Shown here in pieces: positions 20,175 through 28,134 of a DNA stretch of 58,133 nt. The notes beneath the pieces are model-generated. The model saw nothing but the letters and a program-made list of their open reading frames with translations, did no database searches and was not told the origin of the DNA. This DNA is from a virus. Lineage: Duplodnaviria; Caudoviricetes. The first letter of the stretch is position 1. Each line of letters opens with the position of its first letter. The translations under genes were made by a program, and so were the position numbers. The stretch covers positions 1 to 58,133 of IMG/VR virus record IMGVR_UViG_3300050161_000124; one strand, 5' to 3'.

Positions 20175-21014
20175 ATGTCTGATTTCATAATTGCCGACGA
20201 GCCACTTACCACAGTTGACTTGGAGAGCGATACGGTAGGTAAGAAAGCAGCTCAAAGTTCAACCTCAGAGGCTATTCCTCAAGAGATGGTGCTCCCTACT
20301 GCCTTGGTACTACCGCCACCAGAGGAGCCTCTAATACATGTGCCAAGTACTACTGTCACCTTGCTGGATTCCGCAGTTAGGATCGAACTGCAGCCCGGCA
20401 TGTACAAGTATGTTACTTATCCGGACTTCATTTCGTCTTTAAAGACGAATTTGGATGAAAAAGACGGCTCCAACTCTAAGAAAGAAGAGTACTACCTGCC
20501 AAACGGTACCTTCTACTTCCGAAAGACAGAGAGGGATATTTTCTTATCCATGTACTATCCAGAATGCGTACGAGACATTAATTATTTGGGAAATATACGA
20601 AAAAGTGTACTTCCTAATATTGTTCTCTCCGTGAAGTTGTTAAATAACGGGGCGGAGTGGGCAGTGGTCGATTCTAGGTACTTCTCCACCCGAGACCCTC
20701 TAGGGGCAATCCCACGGGCGTTCATAGAACGTAGTCACGGTTTACCCCTGCTGCCGTTTACCAACATCTACGAAGACGCTCGGATGTGTTTTGGCACTGC
20801 AATCAAAATCAGTAAGTTCAAGCTGCCTGATCTACGCGGGGTTAACTCGTACCACCAAGTACTGTTCGACGCGCCTTTTAACAATGACCTAGGATTATAC
20901 GCCCTAGGAGACAATGAGTATCGCCGAGATTATCCTAAGTGGTACGAACATCTAGCTAAGCTAGCAGAAGACAACAAACCCTTCCCCTACGAAAAACTGA
21001 GGAATTACTCGTGA
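20175..21014 (+). CDS. prokaryotic E2-like protein (PRTRC protein B / Prok-E2_D-like)
   Basis: LPFTNIYEDARMCFG matches the PF.N.Y.DG.(I/M)C.G E2 motif; also F..PFNND. Confidence 0.8.
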   Translation: MSDFIIADEPLTTVDLESDTVGKKAAQSSTSEAIPQEMVLPTALVLPPPEEPLIHVPSTTVTLLDSAVRIELQPGMYKYVTYPDFISSLKTNLDEKDGSNSKKEEYYLPNGTFYFRKTERDIFLSMYYPECVRDINYLGNIRKSVLPNIVLSVKLLNNGAEWAVVDSRYFSTRDPLGAIPRAFIERSHGLPLLPFTNIYEDARMCFGTAIKISKFKLPDLRGVNSYHQVLFDAPFNNDLGLYALGDNEYRRDYPKWYEHLAKLAEDNKPFPYEKLRNYS

Positions 21015-22612
21015 AAATTCTAGCACCATTCATCTCTTGCATGTTGGAGACGTCAGACGTAACAGTTAACGGAGTCAGCCCCCTCGATCAAGCAATTAAC
21101 GAGGGTTACTCGCAGATCTTTCTTCAGACTGCCGAAGGTTTCTTCAAGTACCACGTCCTTCGCCCAGGAGAGGGCGGTAAGCGCCGGTTCGTTTGCCTGC
21201 AAGTTAAAGAGATTCCCGGCCTGGTCCTGCCAAAAGTCTCCCCTTCAGTCCAGTTCCTCCCCGCAGGCAAGATCCCTATGCAGCTCTTTGAGGAAGTCAA
21301 GGAGTTCTTCCGTCAGGTTATTGTCAAGAAGGGGCGCGCCCTAGAGGCAATGATCTGGGTCCTATGGACGGAAGCCCAAGGATATCACTTGTTCGTCCCT
21401 AATCAGACGGTGGGTCACGCTTCGGCCAATTACGATTGGAACTCGCTCCCCGCAGATTCAATCATCGTGGTAGACATTCACTCTCACGCCGATTTCAATG
21501 CCTTCTTTAGTGGCACGGATGATCGAGATGATCAAAATTGCATTCGGTTCAGCGGCGTTGTCGGTCACAATGACAAACCTGTTCCGACTATGGAGTTTCG
21601 CTTCAACTACTTAGGCGCTCGCATGAAAGTGACGCTGGAGGATCTATTCGAAGTTCAACGTCCGAACGTAGCGGTCCCTGAAGACTGGCTGGATAAAGTG
21701 AATACCCCCACGTACGGCCGGGGTCCTAACGGTCAATATCAAGGCTACACTCCTGGGCAATACACTGGTGGAAGCTACACTCCTGGTGCACATAACAAGT
21801 ACGCTGGCCCCCTTGGTCAAGCACGCTTTAATGAAGACCTAAAAAACGGACGCCCAAACGCGGGGACACCGAATCAACCCTCTACGATGAGTTCTACTCT
21901 GGGTGGACCGATTCATGGGGCAGCTAGGGTAGAAGTGACTCCTTCAGGGGGTTATATCTCAAAAAAAGCACAGCGGCGCCTGGACAAGATTGCAGCCCGA
22001 GCGGAGGTCTTAGCGGATCGTCAGAGGGAGCGCCAGGTGTCGGGCCGTCATACAAAAACTTCAGCATCATCCGCCACCGCCAGTAAAGCACCTGCACTCT
22101 CCGTAGTTCAAGAGAAAGGGGGCGCCGAAGAGGCATCCCGATTTCCTGGATCATCATGTGGGCTGGTACGTATCGGAAACTCAGCACTAGTTAACCAAGT
22201 TACTGGCGAAATCATTTACCAAGACGAGGAGTCCAGCCAGGAAGTCAACTACGAGGACTTGGGGCCTAAGGCTGCTTCGATCATACAGCGGACTATGACC
22301 CAAGAGGACGATCTGGATCGTATGGCTGCTAAGCACTTTGCCGAGGCGTTTGGTGAGGTAGGCGAGGAAATCATCGGGGATCACCCGGAGTTCGACCGCA
22401 TCGCTATTAACCACGGCGTAAGCGCAGCGGCAGCCTTTGTTCAAATAGACACTGCAGGGCCGGAGCTTACTCAAGCCCCTAAAATCCTAGGTGAGGCGAT
22501 CACAGGGCTGTTCGACCTTTTGGACGAGTCGTGCCAACTGTCTGTATTCCGTGAAATGGCCGCATCCCTGTCTAAGAAAGACATGGAAGACTTGGCTACT
22601 AACGGTTTGTAA
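21011..22612 (+). CDS. JAB/MPN metallo-isopeptidase (PRTRC protein A-like) with long C-terminal extension
   Basis: E...DIHSH....AFFSGTDDRDD JAMM motif. Confidence 0.85.
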   Translation: MKILAPFISCMLETSDVTVNGVSPLDQAINEGYSQIFLQTAEGFFKYHVLRPGEGGKRRFVCLQVKEIPGLVLPKVSPSVQFLPAGKIPMQLFEEVKEFFRQVIVKKGRALEAMIWVLWTEAQGYHLFVPNQTVGHASANYDWNSLPADSIIVVDIHSHADFNAFFSGTDDRDDQNCIRFSGVVGHNDKPVPTMEFRFNYLGARMKVTLEDLFEVQRPNVAVPEDWLDKVNTPTYGRGPNGQYQGYTPGQYTGGSYTPGAHNKYAGPLGQARFNEDLKNGRPNAGTPNQPSTMSSTLGGPIHGAARVEVTPSGGYISKKAQRRLDKIAARAEVLADRQRERQVSGRHTKTSASSATASKAPALSVVQEKGGAEEASRFPGSSCGLVRIGNSALVNQVTGEIIYQDEESSQEVNYEDLGPKAASIIQRTMTQEDDLDRMAAKHFAEAFGEVGEEIIGDHPEFDRIAINHGVSAAAAFVQIDTAGPELTQAPKILGEAITGLFDLLDESCQLSVFREMAASLSKKDMEDLATNGL

Positions 22613-22632
22613 TTCATGTAATTACAGAAGTT

Positions 22633-22641
22633 TGGTATAAG
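22633..22641 (+). promoter_or_regulatory. TGGTATAAG motif (copy 2)
   Basis: Identical motif about 60 nt upstream of the E1 start. Confidence 0.7.
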
Positions 22642-22653
22642 AAAGAAGACCTG

Positions 22654-22685
22654 GAAAACCTGGACTCAATCTAGGTTTTCTTTTT
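22654..22685 (+). terminator. terminator/attenuator-like hairpin in the E1 leader
   Basis: GAAAACCTGGA-CTCAA-TCTAGGTTTTC followed by T5. Confidence 0.55.
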
Positions 22686-22703
22686 AACCAACCGGAAACA
22701 CTA

Positions 22704-23960
22704 ATGCTTTCGTATAGACCCCACTTCATCCCAAGTTCTATTATCCTAGTAGGAGCTGGTGGAACCGGCTCTCGTCTGATGAGCCCTATGGCTCAGTTGG
22801 CTAGAACTTGTATTACCAAATTCAACCCTGCAGCTTGGCTATCCCAGCTTCCTATCTTTGTCATTGACGGGGATGTTGTTGAAGAAAAGAACCTTACCCG
22901 CCAGAACTTCATTCCGAAAGACGTAGGTAAAAACAAGGCTCTAGTAGTAGCCTCCAGGTATTCCAATGCTTTTGGAATCCCCATTTATGGCAGCCCTGAC
23001 TTTGTCACTACAAAGGGCGGTGCCTTGCCCCAATTTGCAGGCCTTCCTCCTGGGGTAAATTTCAATTTCAATAACTCCATTCTAATCTTGGCGGTGGACT
23101 CTGCGGATGCTCGCAGAGAGATTCTTAAGGTAGCCTTCAGGAGCGCAGGGGCAAACTCTTCGTCCATCTTCGTTATCGACGCGGGTAACGAAGATGCTTT
23201 CGGTCAAATTAAGTTCTTTACCAACTATAGGCTAGGTGATGGGTCGCTTCGCATATATGACGACGCTGCGAATCCCTTATCAATTCCAAAAACTCTACCT
23301 CAGACGTTCCAGGTGTCTTGTATCCCCATGGACATAGACTATTACGCTAACCTAGGCTCTAGCGCGGCCGAGCTTAGCTGTGCGGACCTGAACCAATCTC
23401 TGGCCATCAACAATATGATGGCTGCACTGATCTGTTCGGTGTTACAGAACTTTGTGTACGTCAAGCCAATGACTTACGACGGCATTCGGTTCAGCCTAGA
23501 CGGGTCTATGGTTACCGAATATAACTCGCCGAGAGTCTGGTTAAAAAGGACAGTAAGTAACCAAGGTGAATTTGCAAAGTACATGAGCAGTATCACCAGT
23601 CAAATTTCCGGTAAGGAGTTGCTGATAGCCGTTAAAGCTTCTACTTCCATTTACAAAAGAGCTGGACTTCAGGTAACACCGAGTGGGGACTTGGAGCCTA
23701 TCCCCGTCCTGGTTAAATCTGAGTTGTCCCCGGCAGAGGTGCCTTACGTCCATTCTAAAACCTCAGAAGATGCTTCTGTGGTTAAGAAGACCCCTAGGAT
23801 TCGTCGCACACCAGCATCAACTCCTGGCGTCGCACCAGTAGTCCTAAACCACACGGTGGAGCCACCATCTCCAGTGCCACTTATCGTTATTCCGCCGTTG
23901 AATACGATACAAGCAGCTCGTATTCCTCGTACGCCGCCTGTTTTGCGCACGGGCTCTTGA
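22704..23960 (+). CDS. E1-like ThiF family adenylyltransferase (PRTRC ThiF-like)
   Basis: VGAGGTGS, DGDVVEEKNLTRQNF, GKNKA, IDAGNE..GQ, candidate catalytic Cys in LSCAD, and QSLAIN. Confidence 0.9.
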   Translation: MLSYRPHFIPSSIILVGAGGTGSRLMSPMAQLARTCITKFNPAAWLSQLPIFVIDGDVVEEKNLTRQNFIPKDVGKNKALVVASRYSNAFGIPIYGSPDFVTTKGGALPQFAGLPPGVNFNFNNSILILAVDSADARREILKVAFRSAGANSSSIFVIDAGNEDAFGQIKFFTNYRLGDGSLRIYDDAANPLSIPKTLPQTFQVSCIPMDIDYYANLGSSAAELSCADLNQSLAINNMMAALICSVLQNFVYVKPMTYDGIRFSLDGSMVTEYNSPRVWLKRTVSNQGEFAKYMSSITSQISGKELLIAVKASTSIYKRAGLQVTPSGDLEPIPVLVKSELSPAEVPYVHSKTSEDASVVKKTPRIRRTPASTPGVAPVVLNHTVEPPSPVPLIVIPPLNTIQAARIPRTPPVLRTGS

Positions 23961-23964
23961 TAGT

Positions 23965-23994
23965 AAAAAGCCCTGTTTATTCAGGGCTTTTTTT
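23965..23994. terminator. bidirectional intrinsic terminator
   Basis: AAAAAGCCCTG-TTTATT-CAGGGCTTTTTTT between convergent genes. Confidence 0.85.
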
Positions 23995-24006
23995 AGATAT
24001 ATAAAA

Positions 24007-24414
24007 TTACGAAGTTCGCTCTCGGGACGCAGTACCCGAAGTGTCCACTACGGAGTATGTGGATAGTGTGGTCCCATTTTGACGAAGTAAGGTTAATACT
24101 CCTGTTTGCTTATTCCAAGCCCAGCTACCTAAAGCTTCATCTTCGATATTAGCTAAAAAGGATTGTACGGACTTTGCTACGCACGTAACCTGTTCTTTAA
24201 CAGAGCCGAAGCAGTAGATAGAATATACTCCTGTCGTCAGAGGAGTTAGTGCTACACTCCAAACAGAGCTGACCCCCAGCTGCGTTATAGTAGCTTGACT
24301 CGGAATTGCAAGTACGCCATTAATGTATATTGCAAAGTCAGAGGCAGATACTCCTGCCGGTCCAGAGATAGCAAAGACGAGAGGGGTATTAAGAGTAGCT
24401 TCTAGCATAGTCAT
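24007..24414 (-). CDS. hypothetical (probable virion) protein
   Basis: 135 aa beta-rich ORF. Confidence 0.6.
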   Translation of the reverse strand: MTMLEATLNTPLVFAISGPAGVSASDFAIYINGVLAIPSQATITQLGVSSVWSVALTPLTTGVYSIYCFGSVKEQVTCVAKSVQSFLANIEDEALGSWAWNKQTGVLTLLRQNGTTLSTYSVVDTSGTASRERTS

Positions 24415-24938
24415 TCAATCACAGCAGGTATCTTATCCATAAACACCAAGTAAGCATTGACGCCTCTCTTTTTTAGCTCAGTATCCTCTTCGGTCTGACC
24501 CTGCTCTAGCTTTGATGTGGGTATGAACTCAAACGGGCAAATAGGGGCCGAGAAGCCTTCCATACGTAAAAGGTAAGCTAGGGTGTCTATAAGCTCTTCA
24601 GAGGGGACAAAGGCTTGATTGATTAACTTTCCAATTCTTTTTACCTCTGTCAAAAGCCAAGCTAACTCTAAGCAATTAGGCATCTGAACAATTTCAAACT
24701 CAGCGTAGTCATTATTACAAATCGAACTAGCCCACGTCAAGAAGTCAGCTAATTTCAAAGCTTCGTTCAACCCTTTGTTTAACACCGTAAGAATATGGAT
24801 TTTCTCTAAGACTAAGTAGTCTGGAAAACCCAAGTCCATCATGATGGTCTCTGGCTCTAAGCTGAGCCAGGAGGTACCGTACTTTTTAACCAGTAAAAAC
24901 TGTAGTGTTGAAAGTTTGATGTTCTTGTTTAAGACCAT
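24411..24938 (-). CDS. hypothetical protein
   Basis: 175 aa ORF coupled to its neighbours. Confidence 0.65.
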   Translation of the reverse strand: MVLNKNIKLSTLQFLLVKKYGTSWLSLEPETIMMDLGFPDYLVLEKIHILTVLNKGLNEALKLADFLTWASSICNNDYAEFEIVQMPNCLELAWLLTEVKRIGKLINQAFVPSEELIDTLAYLLRMEGFSAPICPFEFIPTSKLEQGQTEEDTELKKRGVNAYLVFMDKIPAVIE

Positions 24939-24939
24939 A

Positions 24940-25830
24940 TTAACTTCTAAGAATAGTTGCTAGGATTTGTTGGCTGTCTGCAGGCAGGGATTCTACCATG
25001 CTCTTGGCGTAGTTAGGATCGCTGTGTAGCTCTTTTGAGAATCCTGAACCCAAGTAACCATCTAAATAAGAATCGGGGATGCCCATGATACGTTCTAGAG
25101 GATAATCTTTACCAGCAACCTTTACCATGCACTTAATAAACCCCGCCTGCTTAGAGATCATCGCTTCTTTGTAGATATTAAAACCTTGGTTAGACAAAGC
25201 GTGCTGTTCATCCAGGCGGTTAATAACTGAGCATATAGACTTGACAGTACGAGTACCGGAGATTAGATCTGATTCTACTCCGACTGAAGAAGCTAGCTTG
25301 ACAAATGTAGGATCATTAGTTAACCCATATCGTACTGACAGACTAGCCAGCAAGGCCTCCTTTAAAAATACGCCGTTACCAGAGTACATCTCTACGTGAC
25401 TACTAACCGTAGCCCCTTCAGCAGCAGCTTTTTCCATTAAGACCTCAGCGCGCTCAGCCATTTCTTTAACGTTAAATCCAAGCCCCGACAGATCCCCCTC
25501 CCAGGCGGCCTGCTTAGTTAAATAGCTGCCTTCTTCAGTGACCGAAGCTTCTTTAACCCACTTACTTTGTGATCGAGAAACCATCTTACCGGTTAATTCT
25601 TGAACTGTGTTTTCTAGGTCATACAAGGTAACAGCCTGCGCAACTTTAGTTAAGACGTCGTAATCAACCGTGTCTGAAGTAAAGCTCTTCTTATAATTAA
25701 TAGCCAGAGCAGAAGCTAGGCAATTGTCTTTATTTGAAACGGGGTACTCAGCTTCGATAGACGCGGCTTTAACCATAGGTAAAGCTTCAGGGATCAGTTC
25801 CAGTACGTGTTTTAGAGTGTAGCCTAGCAT
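24940..25830 (-). CDS. hypothetical (probable head-associated) protein
   Basis: 296 aa helical ORF with recurring KxAS/KxAA motifs. Confidence 0.65.
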   Translation of the reverse strand: MLGYTLKHVLELIPEALPMVKAASIEAEYPVSNKDNCLASALAINYKKSFTSDTVDYDVLTKVAQAVTLYDLENTVQELTGKMVSRSQSKWVKEASVTEEGSYLTKQAAWEGDLSGLGFNVKEMAERAEVLMEKAAAEGATVSSHVEMYSGNGVFLKEALLASLSVRYGLTNDPTFVKLASSVGVESDLISGTRTVKSICSVINRLDEQHALSNQGFNIYKEAMISKQAGFIKCMVKVAGKDYPLERIMGIPDSYLDGYLGSGFSKELHSDPNYAKSMVESLPADSQQILATILRS

Positions 25831-25848
25831 GTTTATAGTTGTGAGTTA

Positions 25849-26523
25849 TTAAGATTTCGGGCGGAGGGGGTCCCGCGCACTAATGTAGTTCATAGCTGAT
25901 TCCTCGAAAGGAGCCTTAACCGAGTTTTCTACGGCACCCCGGACATTACCCGAGATCATATCGGACAGCCTTTTTAGAACAGTATTAGGGGTATGCATAC
26001 TTTCAATAGCTGACAGAGATCTTACAGTGTTCGGGTCAGTAGGATATTGAGAAAGTCCGGACAGTACATTTTTAGTCTTAGAGCGCTGATGAACGGCAGT
26101 ACTGGTATCCATCCATCCGGCTATACCCCCTCCAATCCCCCCCAGAACCCCTCCGAACGCTAAGGCGTTTCTCCAACCGGCTCTTCTCCCCGCTGAAATA
26201 ACGCTTGGGGGAAGCCTAGCCGAATTAGGGTTTGCGGCTAATCTTTGGAAAAGGGTAGACTTACTGAGAGCCATAGGAACCGCAATCATTCCACTTAAGG
26301 CCCCAAGACCGGTATCTGTGGCTACAGTCTTGTAGTCTTTCTTAGCGTAGTTAGGATTAATTCCTTGAGACAACACCGTGGCGTTATCTCGCAAAGCTTC
26401 CATCCTTCCTGTCAAAGATAGGCTTTTAAACACGGGGTCCTGTATTACCAAAGACAAGTCCTTACCTGTTTTCTGGTATCTGTCAATCAGAATCTTGACA
26501 ATCTGCGCTTCGCTCAATTGCAT
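25849..26523 (-). CDS. hypothetical protein with Gly-rich hydrophobic helices
   Basis: 224 aa; GGVLGGIGGGIAG glycine-zipper-like segment. Confidence 0.6.
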   Translation of the reverse strand: MQLSEAQIVKILIDRYQKTGKDLSLVIQDPVFKSLSLTGRMEALRDNATVLSQGINPNYAKKDYKTVATDTGLGALSGMIAVPMALSKSTLFQRLAANPNSARLPPSVISAGRRAGWRNALAFGGVLGGIGGGIAGWMDTSTAVHQRSKTKNVLSGLSQYPTDPNTVRSLSAIESMHTPNTVLKRLSDMISGNVRGAVENSVKAPFEESAMNYISARDPLRPKS

Positions 26524-26532
26524 GCTTAGATT

Positions 26533-27087
26533 TTAGCCTAGATCTTGCAAAACTTCTAGTATGTTATCCTTTAGCATCGGGGTATATTCAGTGTTGATCT
26601 TAAACGCTGGAGTAAGGTAGTCTTCGCCGAGATCCGAGGAGGGGACGTTTTTGTTTAGTATGAACTTGAAAGTCCATTGCTCGTCTAAAGTAACAGTACA
26701 TACTGCCAAGATATCAAAAGTACCCCGAGGTAAGTGGTGGGTGGTTAGCTCCTCTGATATCTTCTTAGTGTCGGTACTTTTTAACATGACTGTCCCGTCT
26801 ACGCCCCCGTTGAGAATGTCCGGGTAAAGTCTACGAGAGGCCAGATTTTTTAACTCAATAGTAAAGTCTTTGCCTAGGTAAGAAAAAGCAAAGTCCCCTT
26901 TTCTCAGGCTGTGATCTGGGATTTTAGCCACGTTCTCGATTCCTTCTGTGGCCTTTAGTAGATCCCTAAGCTTTTCCTCTGAAATGTATCCGTGAAGGAA
27001 TCCTCTGAAAGAGGGGTTTTCATCTATGCACGCTGCTAGTCTTCCCGGTGGTAGAGAGCTTAGTAAAAATTCACCCGATAAGATCAT
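26533..27087 (-). CDS. putative PD-(D/E)xK restriction-endonuclease-like nuclease
   Basis: GYISEEKL helix, then KGDF...TIELKN (D...ExK) and FDILAV. Confidence 0.6.
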   Translation of the reverse strand: MILSGEFLLSSLPPGRLAACIDENPSFRGFLHGYISEEKLRDLLKATEGIENVAKIPDHSLRKGDFAFSYLGKDFTIELKNLASRRLYPDILNGGVDGTVMLKSTDTKKISEELTTHHLPRGTFDILAVCTVTLDEQWTFKFILNKNVPSSDLGEDYLTPAFKINTEYTPMLKDNILEVLQDLG

Positions 27088-27150
27088 GGTTATTATTGTA
27101 GCACGGGGGTTGACAAGTAGTCAATTTACAATAAACATTTCAGTTAAATC

Positions 27151-27159
27151 TGGTATAAG
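27151..27159 (+). promoter_or_regulatory. TGGTATAAG motif (copy 3), head of the RT island
   Basis: Identical motif upstream of the RT operon. Confidence 0.7.
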
Positions 27160-27241
27160 CATAATATGCAAGAGCAACACGTACTGATTTAGTCCGTGAA
27201 ATTTCACTTCAGTCTTTCAAAATAAACACAAGGTTATTAAC

Positions 27242-27397
27242 ATGTTTTCATTTTTTTGTAATGCCCTCCCCAAGATCAAGGCTCTGGCCCGCACTATGAT
27301 CGTCATTGGTAACTTCGCCCTAGAGCTGTTCCATGTCGTTTCCAAGGTAGTCGCCCAGGGCAGATCAGCGTATAACGCAGCCGCTACGACTGCGTAA
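27242..27397 (+). CDS. small 51-aa hydrophobic/amphipathic protein (not in ORF track)
   Basis: MFSFFCNALPKIKALARTMIVIGNFALELFHVVSKVVAQGRSAYNAAATTA*, with AAGG upstream; first ORF after the promoter motif. Confidence 0.55.
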   Translation: MFSFFCNALPKIKALARTMIVIGNFALELFHVVSKVVAQGRSAYNAAATTA

Positions 27398-27444
27398 TAT
27401 TAGCTAGTCTAAGTAGGGATAAGGGCTCTTTGTCTGGGAAGATA

Positions 27445-28134
27445 ATGAGCGAACAAGCTGACAGCACTATTCCTATCTTGGAATCCCCCTCACTTATAGA
27501 AACGTCCAGCACTACAACACAACCTGTAATCAATCTTATTGCAGGGATAGACGAGAACCTACTAGCCCAACACTGTGAAGTAGAATCCGGGTATACCACC
27601 ACCTTCCTAATTACGGTTAAGAAAAGTGCTGGCTACTCCAGAAACAAGAACTTACTAGTTAGATCAACCGGAAAGTACATCATTCCTAATGAAGGGCAGT
27701 TTTATTACTACCCTATCGCTCAGCCCGTCCCAAACGGAGATCACTTATTCAAACTACCTACTCCGCCTAGAGTTCATCGGGCGGGGTTTGTATCGATAGA
27801 CGGTTGTATCTATTACGTAACCCTCGAGGACCTAAAAAGAAGATTGGTCCGTAAATCTAGAATCGTTCCCCTTAAGAAACAAACTATACCTTATGATGAC
27901 TTCGCCAACAACAACTTCAAGCCCACCCCAAGAGGTGCCGGTAGCTTACGCTCCCTACTTGATCTCGGTGTCGGCGACCCAAGTACCGAAACTGAAAACG
28001 GCAACGGAACTGTCGACTTTGTTGGGCTGGACGAACTCCAAGCAATTGACTTGGTTATCGAAAGCCAAGAACGAGCATTATTCGGTCATCTCGATAAGGA
28101 AGAAAGCGACTTCGAAATTACGGAAAGTGCATAA
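27445..28134 (+). CDS. unknown RT-partner protein with acidic C-terminus overlapping the RT
   Basis: Open for about 700 nt; first ATG at 27445; the last 242 nt overlap the RT in another frame. Confidence 0.6.
   Translation: MSEQADSTIPILESPSLIETSSTTTQPVINLIAGIDENLLAQHCEVESGYTTTFLITVKKSAGYSRNKNLLVRSTGKYIIPNEGQFYYYPIAQPVPNGDHLFKLPTPPRVHRAGFVSIDGCIYYVTLEDLKRRLVRKSRIVPLKKQTIPYDDFANNNFKPTPRGAGSLRSLLDLGVGDPSTETENGNGTVDFVGLDELQAIDLVIESQERALFGHLDKEESDFEITESA

Noticed and set aside
22704-23960. ThiF/MoeB for thiamine or molybdopterin biosynthesis
   Set aside because: No biosynthetic genes nearby; the context is E2 + JAB + Ubl ending GNKG rather than ThiS/MoaD ending GG.
27110-27138. TTGACA as the -35 of a sigma70 promoter
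   Set aside because: The nearest good -10 (TACAAT) is only 11 nt away, so the spacing is wrong; better read as half of a palindrome.
27160-27892. CRISPR-like or tandem repeat array upstream of the RT
   Set aside because: Only short scattered matches (e.g. GCACTA three times at irregular spacing); no regularly spaced repeats visible by eye.
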